This document shows, piece after piece, positions 41,928-52,103 of a stretch of DNA of 64,000 nt. Positions within the stretch are counted from its first letter, which is position 1, and every line of letters begins with the position of its first letter. Under the pieces are notes generated by a model. It did not search any database. It had not been told where the DNA came from and was given only the letters and a program-made list of their open reading frames with translations. The translations under genes and the position numbers were made by a program. The DNA comes from Nitrososphaerales archaeon. Its GTDB lineage: Archaea; Thermoproteota; Nitrososphaeria; Nitrososphaerales; UBA213. The DNA lies in contig CBDAOC010000019.1 of assembly GCA_965197925.1 (NCBI GenBank), forward strand, positions 192,001 through 256,000, in the 5' to 3' direction.

Positions 41928-42532
41928 GACGAGAACAACAAATTTCAGAATGGAATCCCAGAACAAAACTGGGTATACTTGTAGCTGAAGGCAAGATAAA
42001 ATCTGTGGATGAAGTATTTGAAAATGGATATAGGGTGCAAGAGTCAGAAATCATAAGGGCTCTGTTACCGGATATAAGGAAGGAGGTAGTTCATGTTGGA
42101 ATTGTGCAGAAACAGACAGATGCTGGTGAGATGACAAGGTTCAAGGCTATTGTAGCTGCTGGCAACGAAGGTGGTTGGCTAGGAATTGGGAAGGGCAAGG
42201 CTGCACAGATGAGAAGTGCTATTGACAAGGCTACCAATGCAGCTTTACTCAATGTTATACCGATCAAGTTGGGATGCGGCAGTTGGGAATGTCGTTGTAA
42301 TCAACTACATTCAGTACCATTTATGGTTGAAGGTAAGGGTGGGAGCGTAAGGGTGGAGATTCTTCCTGGACCAAGGGGTGTTGGGATTGTTGCTGGAGAA
42401 AATATACGGACTTTGCTAAAACTTGCTGGTTTAAAGGATGCTTGGACGAAAACTTATGGCTCCACTAATACAATGTCTTCAACATCGAAGGCAATTTACA
42501 ATGCGTTAAGGAGCACATATAGTGTTGGCTAA
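41924..42532 (+). CDS. rps5: 30S ribosomal protein S5
   Basis: WNPRTKLG, QKQTDAGE, GCGSWECRC, GPRGVG. Confidence 0.96.
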   Translation: MRREQQISEWNPRTKLGILVAEGKIKSVDEVFENGYRVQESEIIRALLPDIRKEVVHVGIVQKQTDAGEMTRFKAIVAAGNEGGWLGIGKGKAAQMRSAIDKATNAALLNVIPIKLGCGSWECRCNQLHSVPFMVEGKGGSVRVEILPGPRGVGIVAGENIRTLLKLAGLKDAWTKTYGSTNTMSSTSKAIYNALRSTYSVG

Positions 42533-42993
42533 TGACAGCTTACTTGGTTGTTCGAATCATTGGTACAGTGAATGTGCCTTCATGGGCTGACAAGACAATG
42601 CGATTATTGAATCTCGACAGGAAATTCAGGGCTACAATAATACCGGAAAATGCATCATTTGCGGGTATGTTGCAAAAGGTAAAGAACTATGTTGCTTGGT
42701 GCAAGGCTGATGAAGAAACCGTAAAGACATTGATTGAAAGGAGAGCAAGAAAAAGTGGTTACAGAAAGATTAATGATGAAGACATAAAAGCTATGGGATG
42801 TGAAAATCTGGGCGAACTAGCAGTCGCCATTACAAATGGTAAAATTTCATTGTCACAATTGGACATAAAACCATGGTTTGCGCTAGCTCCTCCTCGAACT
42901 GGATTTAAGAGAAGTACAAAGCGTATGTACCAAAATGAAGGTATTACGGGGGAAAATAAGGAATTGGCGTCACTTGTGAAGAAGATGATTTAG
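42532..42993 (+). CDS. rpl30: 50S ribosomal protein L30
   Basis: YLVVRI.GTV, GMLQKVKNYVAW, FALAPPR.GF. Confidence 0.95.
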   Translation: MTAYLVVRIIGTVNVPSWADKTMRLLNLDRKFRATIIPENASFAGMLQKVKNYVAWCKADEETVKTLIERRARKSGYRKINDEDIKAMGCENLGELAVAITNGKISLSQLDIKPWFALAPPRTGFKRSTKRMYQNEGITGENKELASLVKKMI

Positions 42994-43929
42994 TGGTTAT
43001 CTTGGTAATAAGTTTATGACTGGGCGAATTTTCTTCGCTTGTAACTCTCATTTCTAAAGTTGTAATTCATCCTCTAACAAACACAAATTGTAAAGGGCTT
43101 AAACTTATCAATGATAAATAGGAATAATAAAGTTAGGAGAAACAAGAGTTAGATTTAACATAAGACATTATCATCTAAAATCAAAAAGTGAAATCAAAAA
43201 ATTGCCAAAAATCTTCATTATATTTTCGATTATTTCTTCATAACCTTGCATACTTTCATATAAATAATGTCAGATTTGTGCATGATAAAATATGCATCTC
43301 CTACATTGATTGTCTCTTAATATTTCCATTTGGACAATAGATTGCTAATTACATATTTCATGGTGAAATTGTCAGCTAAAACCTATTTATCGTAATTCGT
43401 TGTTGGGTGATGTGATCATAGGCCATACAATTCCTATTCAATACTTCTCCATGAATATCTATATTCAATATTCCGGTGTATTTTGCCATGACCTCATTAA
43501 GCTGATCCTGTTTATAGTGTCTCTAGACGATGAAAATACATCATGAAATGGTCCTGATACATGCAATTTTTGGTAATCCATGGAGTGAATATGCTAAACT
43601 TCACAATAATATGCTTAATTTATTATCAGGAAAAGTGCTCTTCTCCACATTCAAGTATTGAACACCTATCAATACGCTTGATTAAGTTATGAATGATTTA
43701 GACCCAAGAAAAATTGAATATATTCACGTTTTTATTAAAATGATCAAGAGATTAATCTGATTATTTGCTATGTCCAGAAAACAAAGAAATATTATCGACA
43801 AAATCCTTATTTTTGCAGACATATTCCAAAATAACTTGGTTGTAATAACTTTGTTATTTAATGTAACAATAACAACTAGCAAGACTTAATTTAGACCTCT
43901 TTATATGAGCTTACAAATTCCCAGTAAAG

Positions 43930-44358
43930 GTGTTTGAGATAACAACGAGATTTAGAAAGACTAGGAAGTTAAGAGCTTCTAGGACCTATGGTTGGGGTCA
44001 AATCGGTCAGCATAGGGGTTCAGGTCATAAGGGTGGTCACGGTAAAGCGGGCCTGCACAAACACCATTGGACCCGTACTGTAATGTTTGCCAAAAGATAT
44101 TTTGGTAGACCTGGATTTCATAATCCGACGACTACAGTTACCAAAAAGTGGATTAATATTGGTGATTTGGATAATTTGTTCGTCAAGAGTGGTAAGGTTG
44201 AAAATGGGAAGAATGTGATAGATTTAATATCATTGGGCTATAACAAATTGCTCGCAAGGGGCAATGTGGCCAACAAGTATAGTGTAATAATTAACTCTTT
44301 TTCTAAGAATGCCAAAGTGAAGATTGAAAGTGTGGCTGGGGAAGTGTTGACTCAATGA
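43930..44358 (+). CDS. rpl15: 50S ribosomal protein L15
   Basis: RKTRKLR.SRTYGWG..GQHR..GHKGG.GKAG. Confidence 0.93.
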   Translation: MFEITTRFRKTRKLRASRTYGWGQIGQHRGSGHKGGHGKAGLHKHHWTRTVMFAKRYFGRPGFHNPTTTVTKKWINIGDLDNLFVKSGKVENGKNVIDLISLGYNKLLARGNVANKYSVIINSFSKNAKVKIESVAGEVLTQ

Positions 44359-45797
44359 GTAGCTCCGCTTCTGGCTTTTTACAGGGAAAGATCAATATCA
44401 GGAAGGTAGTTAATACAGTAAGTAAATACGTGTGGCAGATCCCCAAACCAAAGAGGAAACTTTCGCTTACAGAAAGGTTTGTTTGGAGTGGTATGGCCCT
44501 CGTAATTTATTTAGTAATGGCCCAAATTCCCCTTTATGGTGCCCCGACAAGCATATTCGATCCCTTTGCATTTGCGAGAGTGATATTCGCATCACAACAA
44601 GGAACTCTGGTTGAGCTGGGTATAGGACCCATTGTTACAGCAGGGTTGCTTATGCAGTTGTTAAGAGGTTCTGAGATAATAAAGTTAGACTTCAAGAATC
44701 CAGAAGATAGATCGCTTTTCACAACTGCTACTAAAATAGTTACAATAGTTGTAATTTGTGTAGAAGCCCCTCTTTACGGTTCAGCTGTTTACCAAGTTCC
44801 TGCAAACATTGGTGTGATCTTAATCAGTCAGCTGATATTCGCAAGTATTGTTGTAATGATGCTTGATGAATTGGTACAAAAAGGATGGGGCCTTGGTAGT
44901 GGAATAAGCTTGTTTATATTGGCTGGTGTTGCGCAGCAGATTTTGTGGAGTACTTTTAGCCCATTACCGGCTGGAGATGGGTTCTCTATAGGTGTCCTTC
45001 CATTCATTATAGAATCGGTCACTAGCGGAGCTGCTAATTTTATGGATATCATGTTTAGGGTAGGGGGACTACCCAGTCTTTTTATATTGATACTAACAGG
45101 TGGTGTGATATTGTTGCTAGTTTATTCACAAGGAATAAGGATAGAAATACCCATAGTGTCAAGCAAATACAGAGGATTCACTGCTGTTTACCCAATAAAA
45201 TTAATGTATACATCTGTAATACCTGTTATATTTGCAACAGCGCTTACAGCAAATGCAATATTCTTGTCTCAGATATTTTGGGCAAGTTACAACCCAAGTA
45301 ATGAAAATCCATTCTTCAATTTTATAGCTCAATTCAATCCTGCTGATCCCCAAACTCCAATAGGTGGTTTGGCCTATTATCTCATTCCGCCTAGAGGCTT
45401 GGAAATTGCCGCACTTGACCCAATGAGGGCTGGAATATACATAGTGATAATTACTGGAATAGTAATTGTATTTGGTAGGCTATGGGTCGAGCTTGGAGGT
45501 CTTTCAGCTAAAGCGGCTGCCAAGAACCTGTTAGATTCCAATGTTCAGGTTCCTGGTTTTAGAAGGGCAGAACTATCTGTGGTACAACTCCTACAGCGGT
45601 ATATTCCTGCAGTAACAATCTTGGGATCTTTGTTCATTGGTTTATTGGCAGGTTTTTCAGATGTTCTTGGTCTCATTGGTACAGGAACGGGTATCCTCCT
45701 AATGGTTGATATTCTGTTTAATTATTACAACTTGCTGGTGAAGGAGAAGGTTGAAACCTTGATGCCAAAGCTTGGTGCTATACTTGGACGCAAATAA
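44355..45797 (+). CDS. secY: preprotein translocase subunit SecY
   Basis: ELGIGPIVTAG, GWGLGSGISLFI, YPIKLMY, QVPGFRR, GTGTGILL. Confidence 0.97.
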   Translation: MSSSASGFLQGKINIRKVVNTVSKYVWQIPKPKRKLSLTERFVWSGMALVIYLVMAQIPLYGAPTSIFDPFAFARVIFASQQGTLVELGIGPIVTAGLLMQLLRGSEIIKLDFKNPEDRSLFTTATKIVTIVVICVEAPLYGSAVYQVPANIGVILISQLIFASIVVMMLDELVQKGWGLGSGISLFILAGVAQQILWSTFSPLPAGDGFSIGVLPFIIESVTSGAANFMDIMFRVGGLPSLFILILTGGVILLLVYSQGIRIEIPIVSSKYRGFTAVYPIKLMYTSVIPVIFATALTANAIFLSQIFWASYNPSNENPFFNFIAQFNPADPQTPIGGLAYYLIPPRGLEIAALDPMRAGIYIVIITGIVIVFGRLWVELGGLSAKAAAKNLLDSNVQVPGFRRAELSVVQLLQRYIPAVTILGSLFIGLLAGFSDVLGLIGTGTGILLMVDILFNYYNLLVKEKVETLMPKLGAILGRK

Positions 45798-46093
45798 GAG
45801 ATTACCTTTGGGCAGTCCATTCAGGTTATAACCTTGAGATATTAGCTGGTAAGAAAAATCATAAACATTTTGTTTTAAAGCAATATGCATAAAGAATTTT
45901 CGTGTAGGCAACCAGAATAATAAGGAGAATATTCGCTTTACAAAGGATGATATATAAGGTGTACCGGCGGTACTGCAAATCATTATGTTGTTATATTGGA
46001 TATCAATTTGGGTGCCAACTACGGGAACAATAAATACCAATGTATTGGCACATCAAGTGGAAAGGCAGGAAAGAAACATCTATGTGATAGGAA

Positions 46094-46906
46094 TTGATTG
46101 ATATACCCCTTACACTTTATTTTATGCAGGTTATTACACTACAACTTTCACCACCTACAGGTTCTGTGAACCCATACGTATCAAGCATGATCGGTGCAGC
46201 TCTGTTAATTTTGCTTATTGCAGTAGGACTCCAGGCTCTATATGCTTGGCTAAGACGAAAGATGACTGATCAAGGAAAGATGAAGCGAATCATGAATGAA
46301 ACAAAGGATTGGAGAAAACAGTACATGGACGCTATGCGAAAGAAGGATAAGGAATTGATTGACAAGTTGAAGAAGAAACAACAATACGTTAACAAAATGC
46401 AAATGGAGATGATGCAGATGAATTTCAAACCGATGATAGTGTTCATGATTCCAATGTTTGCCATTTGGTGGCTCTTTTTACCCGCTGTTTTTGGTAATAC
46501 GGTAGCTATATCACCAATCTCGTTAAACATTCTAGGCGATCTTATGCCTATTACATGTACAACAGCAATGATTGAACAGGATGTTGTGGAAATCACTGAT
46601 GAACTTGGAGATAAAGTCAATGAGATGCGAAGTGAAGGGAGTGTTACCAGAGGCGACGAGGTTCTAGCGTTAGCTGAGGATGCCAAGCAACTTTCTACAG
46701 AAGGAAACTACCTTGGCGCAAGAGAGAAGCTAATTGAAGCCTACGATGTTTTGAATGTAGGTCTGGATGAGAAAGTATCGGTAGAGGTCCCCAGATGTAC
46801 CGCAGAAAATGAAATGTTCCTATGGGCATGGTATGTTATATCTTCCATAGCTGTTAGTAGTGTTATCATGAAGGTAACAAAAACTGGAACAGATTATGGA
46901 CTTTAA
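46094..46906 (+). CDS. DUF106/EMC3-TMCO1 (Oxa1 superfamily) membrane protein with loop insertion
   Basis: TM1, coiled coil (MKRIM...KKQQ), MMQMNFKPM, FLWAWYVISS; position downstream of secY; start uncertain. Confidence 0.85.
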   Translation: MIDIPLTLYFMQVITLQLSPPTGSVNPYVSSMIGAALLILLIAVGLQALYAWLRRKMTDQGKMKRIMNETKDWRKQYMDAMRKKDKELIDKLKKKQQYVNKMQMEMMQMNFKPMIVFMIPMFAIWWLFLPAVFGNTVAISPISLNILGDLMPITCTTAMIEQDVVEITDELGDKVNEMRSEGSVTRGDEVLALAEDAKQLSTEGNYLGAREKLIEAYDVLNVGLDEKVSVEVPRCTAENEMFLWAWYVISSIAVSSVIMKVTKTGTDYGL

Positions 46907-46937
46907 TTTTGATTGGATCTATGTGTCTCAAATGAAC

Positions 46938-47210
46938 ATGCTGTGTCAAATAATAAACCAAAAGATCGTGGATGTTTGATGGAATGAGATTTTGATCAGT
47001 TATTATCATTGAGATTCATGCCTGATATGAACTGGAAAATGTATAATGTACTCTTAAGAGGAGGAGAGATATTTGATATGGATTTCATAGATTCATGGTC
47101 TGGTGAATTAGTGAGAATGAATGTAGGTAAGTAATCCATTCATGTATCCAGAATCATTCCTAGCGATGCTTTCTTTTGTGCTTGCTTACCCTCATATCTG
47201 GCATATCCTT
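46938..47210 (+). mobile_element. IS5/IS903-like transposase 5' remnant
   Basis: From ATG 47027: MNWKMYN.LLRGGEI..MDFIDSWSGELVRMNVGK, frameshifted to PFMYPESFLAML. Confidence 0.6.
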
Positions 47211-47934
47211 TACCTATAAGGTAGGTATAATAAAACACACAACAGACAACAGGCTAAACCTCTACTGTACGCCCATATATAGCCATAAATCAAAGGGTGT
47301 TGTCTGTTGTGTGGTTGTTTTTTTCCTGTTTTGACCGTTCTATCATAAAATGTAAATGCTTGAAGCCCTAAGGTAGGGCATGAGGTCCAGAAAACAACAT
47401 ACCGATATGACAAAATATGCCTTCTCTAATATCGAAAAGGAAACAATCGAAAGTCAACAGTGCAATAGATAACCCCGACATGTTTACTTCATTGATCTCT
47501 AACATTCTACAACCTGTTATCAAACAATACCCCATAATGAGGGCTAGAGTTAATCCTATTGGACATAAAAGTTAATCATGACATTATATCGGCTGCCCTA
47601 GTCGGGTATATGTAAGGGGAACTGACGGAACTATCACAGCGTTAAATCATTTATTCCAGGATGTTATAACTGACCAGCTAAAGGAAATTAATTTATCAAA
47701 TGCACCGCAAGTTTATCTGAGTGGTTTGTTTGAGTCAAGAAAATCAGGATAGAGAAATGGCAATTGCAACTCTAGTCGATGGAGTTGGTTCCTTATTGGT
47801 TCAAGATGACATAAAAGATTTCGATTATTTTTCATATTACAACCGACAGAAGGGAGATCCCCATATAGGATTTGGTACCTGAAGACATGAAGTCCTTTTC
47901 ACCATTAGCAGGTAGATTTGGGATTCAAAATAGC

Positions 47935-48071
47935 TAGATCATTTGGTATATTCCATATGGTCGGCATGCTCTTTTTCTTAGCTTTTCCCACAAATTTAGC
48001 TAGAGAGGACAGATCTAGATCTGTTTCGGTATAAACAATTAGGCTATGATGTTAATTTTCGGATAGGCTCT
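47935..48071 (-). mobile_element. second truncated left end of IS family D
   Basis: Near-identical to 27290-27428, including the palindrome acagatctagatctgt and the TIR. Confidence 0.85.
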
Positions 48072-49002
48072 TATTTATAGCAATTATAAATCTCCATCGG
48101 TTGATCAGAACGACCTAGGCCTATAGAAACACTTGTTCATCATTATGCAATCTCTTTCCAAAACTAAATTTGGAAAAGCGGTTGTTAGTATTTCATATAA
48201 CCATCATACGATTATGACAGATAGATCTGAACATAATATCAATTGTCAAAGTAGATAGCTAGTGGTATAAGGCATCACAAAGGAATACATGGTTGGGTAA
48301 AATAAGACTTATGTACCAAATATTTTATGAAAGTATGATCAGAGAACCAAGGTAAGTGCCTTTTTGTTCCTGATTGATGCTGTTTATGTTTTACTTACTA
48401 TCAATTCAACACCTGTATGCAATATAGGTTTGTCTTACATCATTAAGGGCGAATCCCCCCCTTAATTGACTGTTATCATTTCTTAATTCGAAGAGTCTTT
48501 TGAACAGAATGAATCAAGCTAATAATTCATCCATCATGATGGTTCCTTTAAACCATTTCTTTATTATGCCATCATCATTACGCTCAGGGAAGTGTATTAA
48601 ACAGTGCAAATTTTTGATGATCTTAGCAATACTTGAGGGAACAATTATCCTCGCTCTTCTTCAACATCATGTTTCAAGACCTCTAAATACATCAATTCCC
48701 TTACAACAGTTGCAGTAATACTCCCCCAATCTTGCCCGTAGTCTACCCAATTTCCTTTGAAATCAGATACTAATTGTATTTTTCTTTGTTAGATTTTCTC
48801 GGGTTCCAGACATGGGATACTAATTTTTTTCTCGATTAACGCACTTTGGTGATGAACCGAATGGTAGACCTTTCAGTGTTCTGCTTTCGAAGTATTTGTG
48901 AATTAATTGAACGTATTCATGTCATTGACGCTAGCCCTTCACTTAAATGAATTCTCTCTTCCCCTTCTTAGTTCAAATGTTAATTAAGGTCTTTAATGAA
49001 GT

Positions 49003-49963
49003 GGCTCTGTAGAAACCATACCAAAAATACAGTTAATCTATGCATGTTGTAGGCAATTACTCTGAAGAACAGCTCCCTGTTCTGCATTCTAACAGATCTT
49101 GATAGTATATGCTCACCAAACATTCTCTTTACCACAGACAGTATGGTTTCGTTCTTGTTACTCTGACAGTAAAGTTCCTTGTAGAATCTCCTCTCCATCT
49201 GCTTCCTGTATCTTCCATGCGTTCTCCATACTGGTACATCTCCATATCTAGCAGGGACTGCTCACAGCACCTAGATACTCTCTAACAAATTCGTGATTTG
49301 CTTCGCTATCATAGCCTTTATCAGCTGCAACTATAGACAATAGCATTATACTTGATGCCCTTTGCAGCAATGGTGTGAAATCTATAGTATCGTGTCTTGG
49401 CCCTCTTCTTATCTTCAAAGAACATGCCAGCTGCTCTCTCACTTCAGCACCTATAGACAGCTTGATGTAACGCTTCCTTATTCCTGCTACATCAGTATAA
49501 TATGATGAAGCGTTACTGGATTTGAATCCAGACGCATCTATTCCCACAAACATCTTCCTTACCTTCGTAAGAAGGATGAATGAACTGATTATCCTGTACA
49601 GAAGCATGTCATTCATCCTTGAAGCAAACTTCTGCAGTGTTGTATAATGGGGTACTATATCTAGATGTAGAAAGATCCTCAGGTAGTATGCTTCATGCAG
49701 CCATTCCACAAACCTCCTGTAGCTCTTCCCTTCATACTGCCTTAATGCCAGAAGGATTGTATGCTGCCATACAGTGTAGATATGATTGCTCTTCTTGTGT
49801 ATGTACAGGGATATCCTGGCCTTTATCAAAACATTGAGCATGGTTCTAGCAAGTTTGACATACCTTGACTCTTTCATGCATAGGCAGGAGTTATATGTGA
49901 TACATTGATCTCATGGTGCAATTCCGTGCACAACAGGCTAAAATCTATGGTTTCTACACAGCT
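49003..49963 (-). mobile_element. IS5-like element family A, near-complete, transposase frameshifted near 49250
   Basis: TIRs GGCTCTGTAGAAACC and GGTTTCTACACAGCT flanked by GT; IDASG, ADKGYDSE, NETILS.VKR motifs across ORFs 49248-49877 and 48980-49198. Confidence 0.9.
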
Positions 49964-50006
49964 GTGATTACCATCAATATATTTAATAGTTATAGACCAA
50001 CTATGA

Positions 50007-50717
50007 AAAATAATACCGAATTCAGATGGGGAACTAGGTACAGAGAATCCACCAGGATCTGGACTGTATGAAGATAGTAACATACCAGGTTCAGAAGATG
50101 ATAGTGAAGTTTTTGAATTTAGTAAATGGGGTTTTAAATGTGTTATTGGAACCTTTTCAAGGAAAGGACCCATGGGACATGTAACAAAATTCGTACCAGA
50201 TAATAAGAAAGTGGAATGTAAAATAGTATATGGTGCGGCGGTGGTTAATGTAGATGGAGCTGAAACATGTATCATTAGACCTAGATTTAAAGTATGTACA
50301 AAATCGGGTGTAACGAAAACTTATGAATGGTATCAAGTGGCATGTACATCCTTTGGGATTAGTGACTATGCTACAGAGATAAGGTTTCTCTTTGAAAAAC
50401 CAGATATTGTGTGTTTAACAAACTGGACCAAAGCGGCAATAAATATATTCTTAGACCTACTCAAAGCTGGACTGGGGAGCGAGGAAGCTAAAAAAGTAGC
50501 TAGAACCTTGGTGGGTATGAGTGTAAATTCCAGAAATAAGCCAACAGAGGAACTTATAGCGCAACAGTTTGCACAAAGTGAAAGTTTTAGTTTGTTAACT
50601 AGAAAAAATGAAAATAAGTTTGAAAAATTAAAAAGTCTTAGTATGTTAACTCCAAAGAATGAAAATAAGTTTGAAAAATTAAACGAAGAGGAAAAAATCG
50701 AATCGCCAAAAGAGTAA
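50007..50717 (+). pseudogene. 3' part of a hypothetical gene cut by IS-A, with a C-terminal 17-aa tandem repeat
   Basis: Frame of ORF 50172-50717 is open back to TGA at about 50004; 51-bp repeat LTRKNENKFEKL / LTPKNENKFEKL. Confidence 0.45.
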
Positions 50718-50755
50718 AATACTTAATCAAAATAAAAAAGAAAAGATTAGTGTTA

Positions 50756-51170
50756 CTATTGAGCAGTTGAGATTCTACAAGTTGAAGTTTAATCTAATAC
50801 GGCTCCTGCAACTCTATGAATTCCAGTTATAATTACTTGTTGTACTTCATTCCTACTAGAAGCTTCCATCTCTAGATCCCTAGCAGAGCCTAGACCTAGT
50901 GAATGTCCTTTAACCCACATCACATTCCTGAATGTGTTGTTTGTTGTGTTAGTCTGAGCTTTTACTGTGTTAGTTACTGTGATATCTACTCCGTATATCC
51001 TCTCCAACATTCCACTAACGGTTATATTTGGATTAACGAACTGGGTTAGGTTAAATAGATCAGATTCAAGTGACAATTCTGCGTAAGATTTCTCATTTAA
51101 TGCTAATACAAGCTAAAAGGTTTCAACCCTTGTTAGTCCAAATATGAAACAAAGTCATCCAAAACAGAAT
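50756..51170 (-). pseudogene. 3' part of an HK97-fold major capsid protein gene
   Basis: YLD*QGLKP(frameshift)LVLALNEKSYAEL...GMLERIYGVDITVTN...HSLGLGSARDLEMEA...QQVIITGIHRVAGAVLD*TSTCRISTAQ*; G.L..IYG...V, and HR.AG.VLD C-terminal pattern of HK97 capsids. Confidence 0.7.
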
Positions 51171-51179
51171 AGGGGTCTA

Positions 51180-51289
51180 GAAATTGTTTCTTTATCGCTA
51201 GTATGGTATCTAACATAGGGTTATGATATTTCATGAAATTGTTTCTTTATCGCTAGTATGGTATCTAACATAGGGTTATGATATTTCAT
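51180..51289. repeat. perfect tandem duplication, 2 x 55 bp
   Basis: gaaattgtttctttatcgctagtatggtatctaacatagggttatgatatttcat at 51180-51234 and 51235-51289. Confidence 0.95.
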
Positions 51290-51540
51290 TTCGCAAAACT
51301 TATCAAATTTTTTCAATGCATACATTACAACATCCTTCAAGTATTCGGAATGATAACTACGGTAAATTAATGCAATGAAATCTTCAGCGAATTTCATGTT
51401 TCTGAGTAATTAATACATCTGCGAATATTTAAACAAAATTTAATTAGGAATAAATTGCTAATTATATCTATATAATTTCAATTCTAATTTAACTACAAAG
51501 ATCACCTATATGAAACACTTAAATCCATTTTGGTAAAGAT

Positions 51541-51786
51541 ATGCATATGGTCTCAGATTCAGTACCCTCGTTTGTGAATGGTATACTCGCGGGTGCAGGT
51601 GCTCTAGTTGCTATAATGGCATTTTCCTTCACACAATTGGTAGGTAAGTATGAAGGAGTCATGGGGATCACTACTGTAGAAATGCGCGTAGCAATAATTC
51701 TTGGGGGAATAGTTTGTGCAACAGCTGTAGGTTACGAATTTTACCGTTTGAGATCGGTTAAACAACAAGATGTGAGCTTTTCCTAA
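51541..51786 (+). CDS. small two-TM membrane protein
   Basis: Two hydrophobic helices; TATA-like cttaaa upstream. Confidence 0.6.
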   Translation: MHMVSDSVPSFVNGILAGAGALVAIMAFSFTQLVGKYEGVMGITTVEMRVAIILGGIVCATAVGYEFYRLRSVKQQDVSFS

Positions 51787-52103
51787 CGGGTATATGAATG
51801 AAATCAGCTATGCAATTAGTATTTTCAGTTTTTTTCTGTGGTCTGTAATGAATATAGCATTTACAAGAACTTTTGACATTATTCTAACAGAATGGATTTT
51901 CCGCTTATTCATATAGAAAGGGAGAGGTATTTTGCTGTACAAGCAAACATATTTGTTCTAAACGTTACAAGGCTTTGGAGTTTTAAACGTTCTTCCTGAG
52001 TATAGTATAAAGCGTAATTCACATGTTTCTTGTTATAGCTAAACACTGAAGGCAATTTATTATAATGGTGTAAAAATTGAATTTTGTTTTTGCCGCAAAA
52101 CCG

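Noticed and set aside
47400..49000. Coding-like fragments around the second IS-D end
   Set aside because: Could not be assigned to any family; only the IS end is supportable
6888..50791. Stop-codon readthrough or recoding (TGA in the antiporter, TAG in the terminase, TAA in the capsid)
   Set aside because: All three stop types occur, mostly alongside frameshifts, and core genes end normally in TAA, TAG and TGA; ordinary pseudogenisation is simpler
51180..51289. CRISPR array
   Set aside because: Only two abutting copies, no spacer, no cas genes
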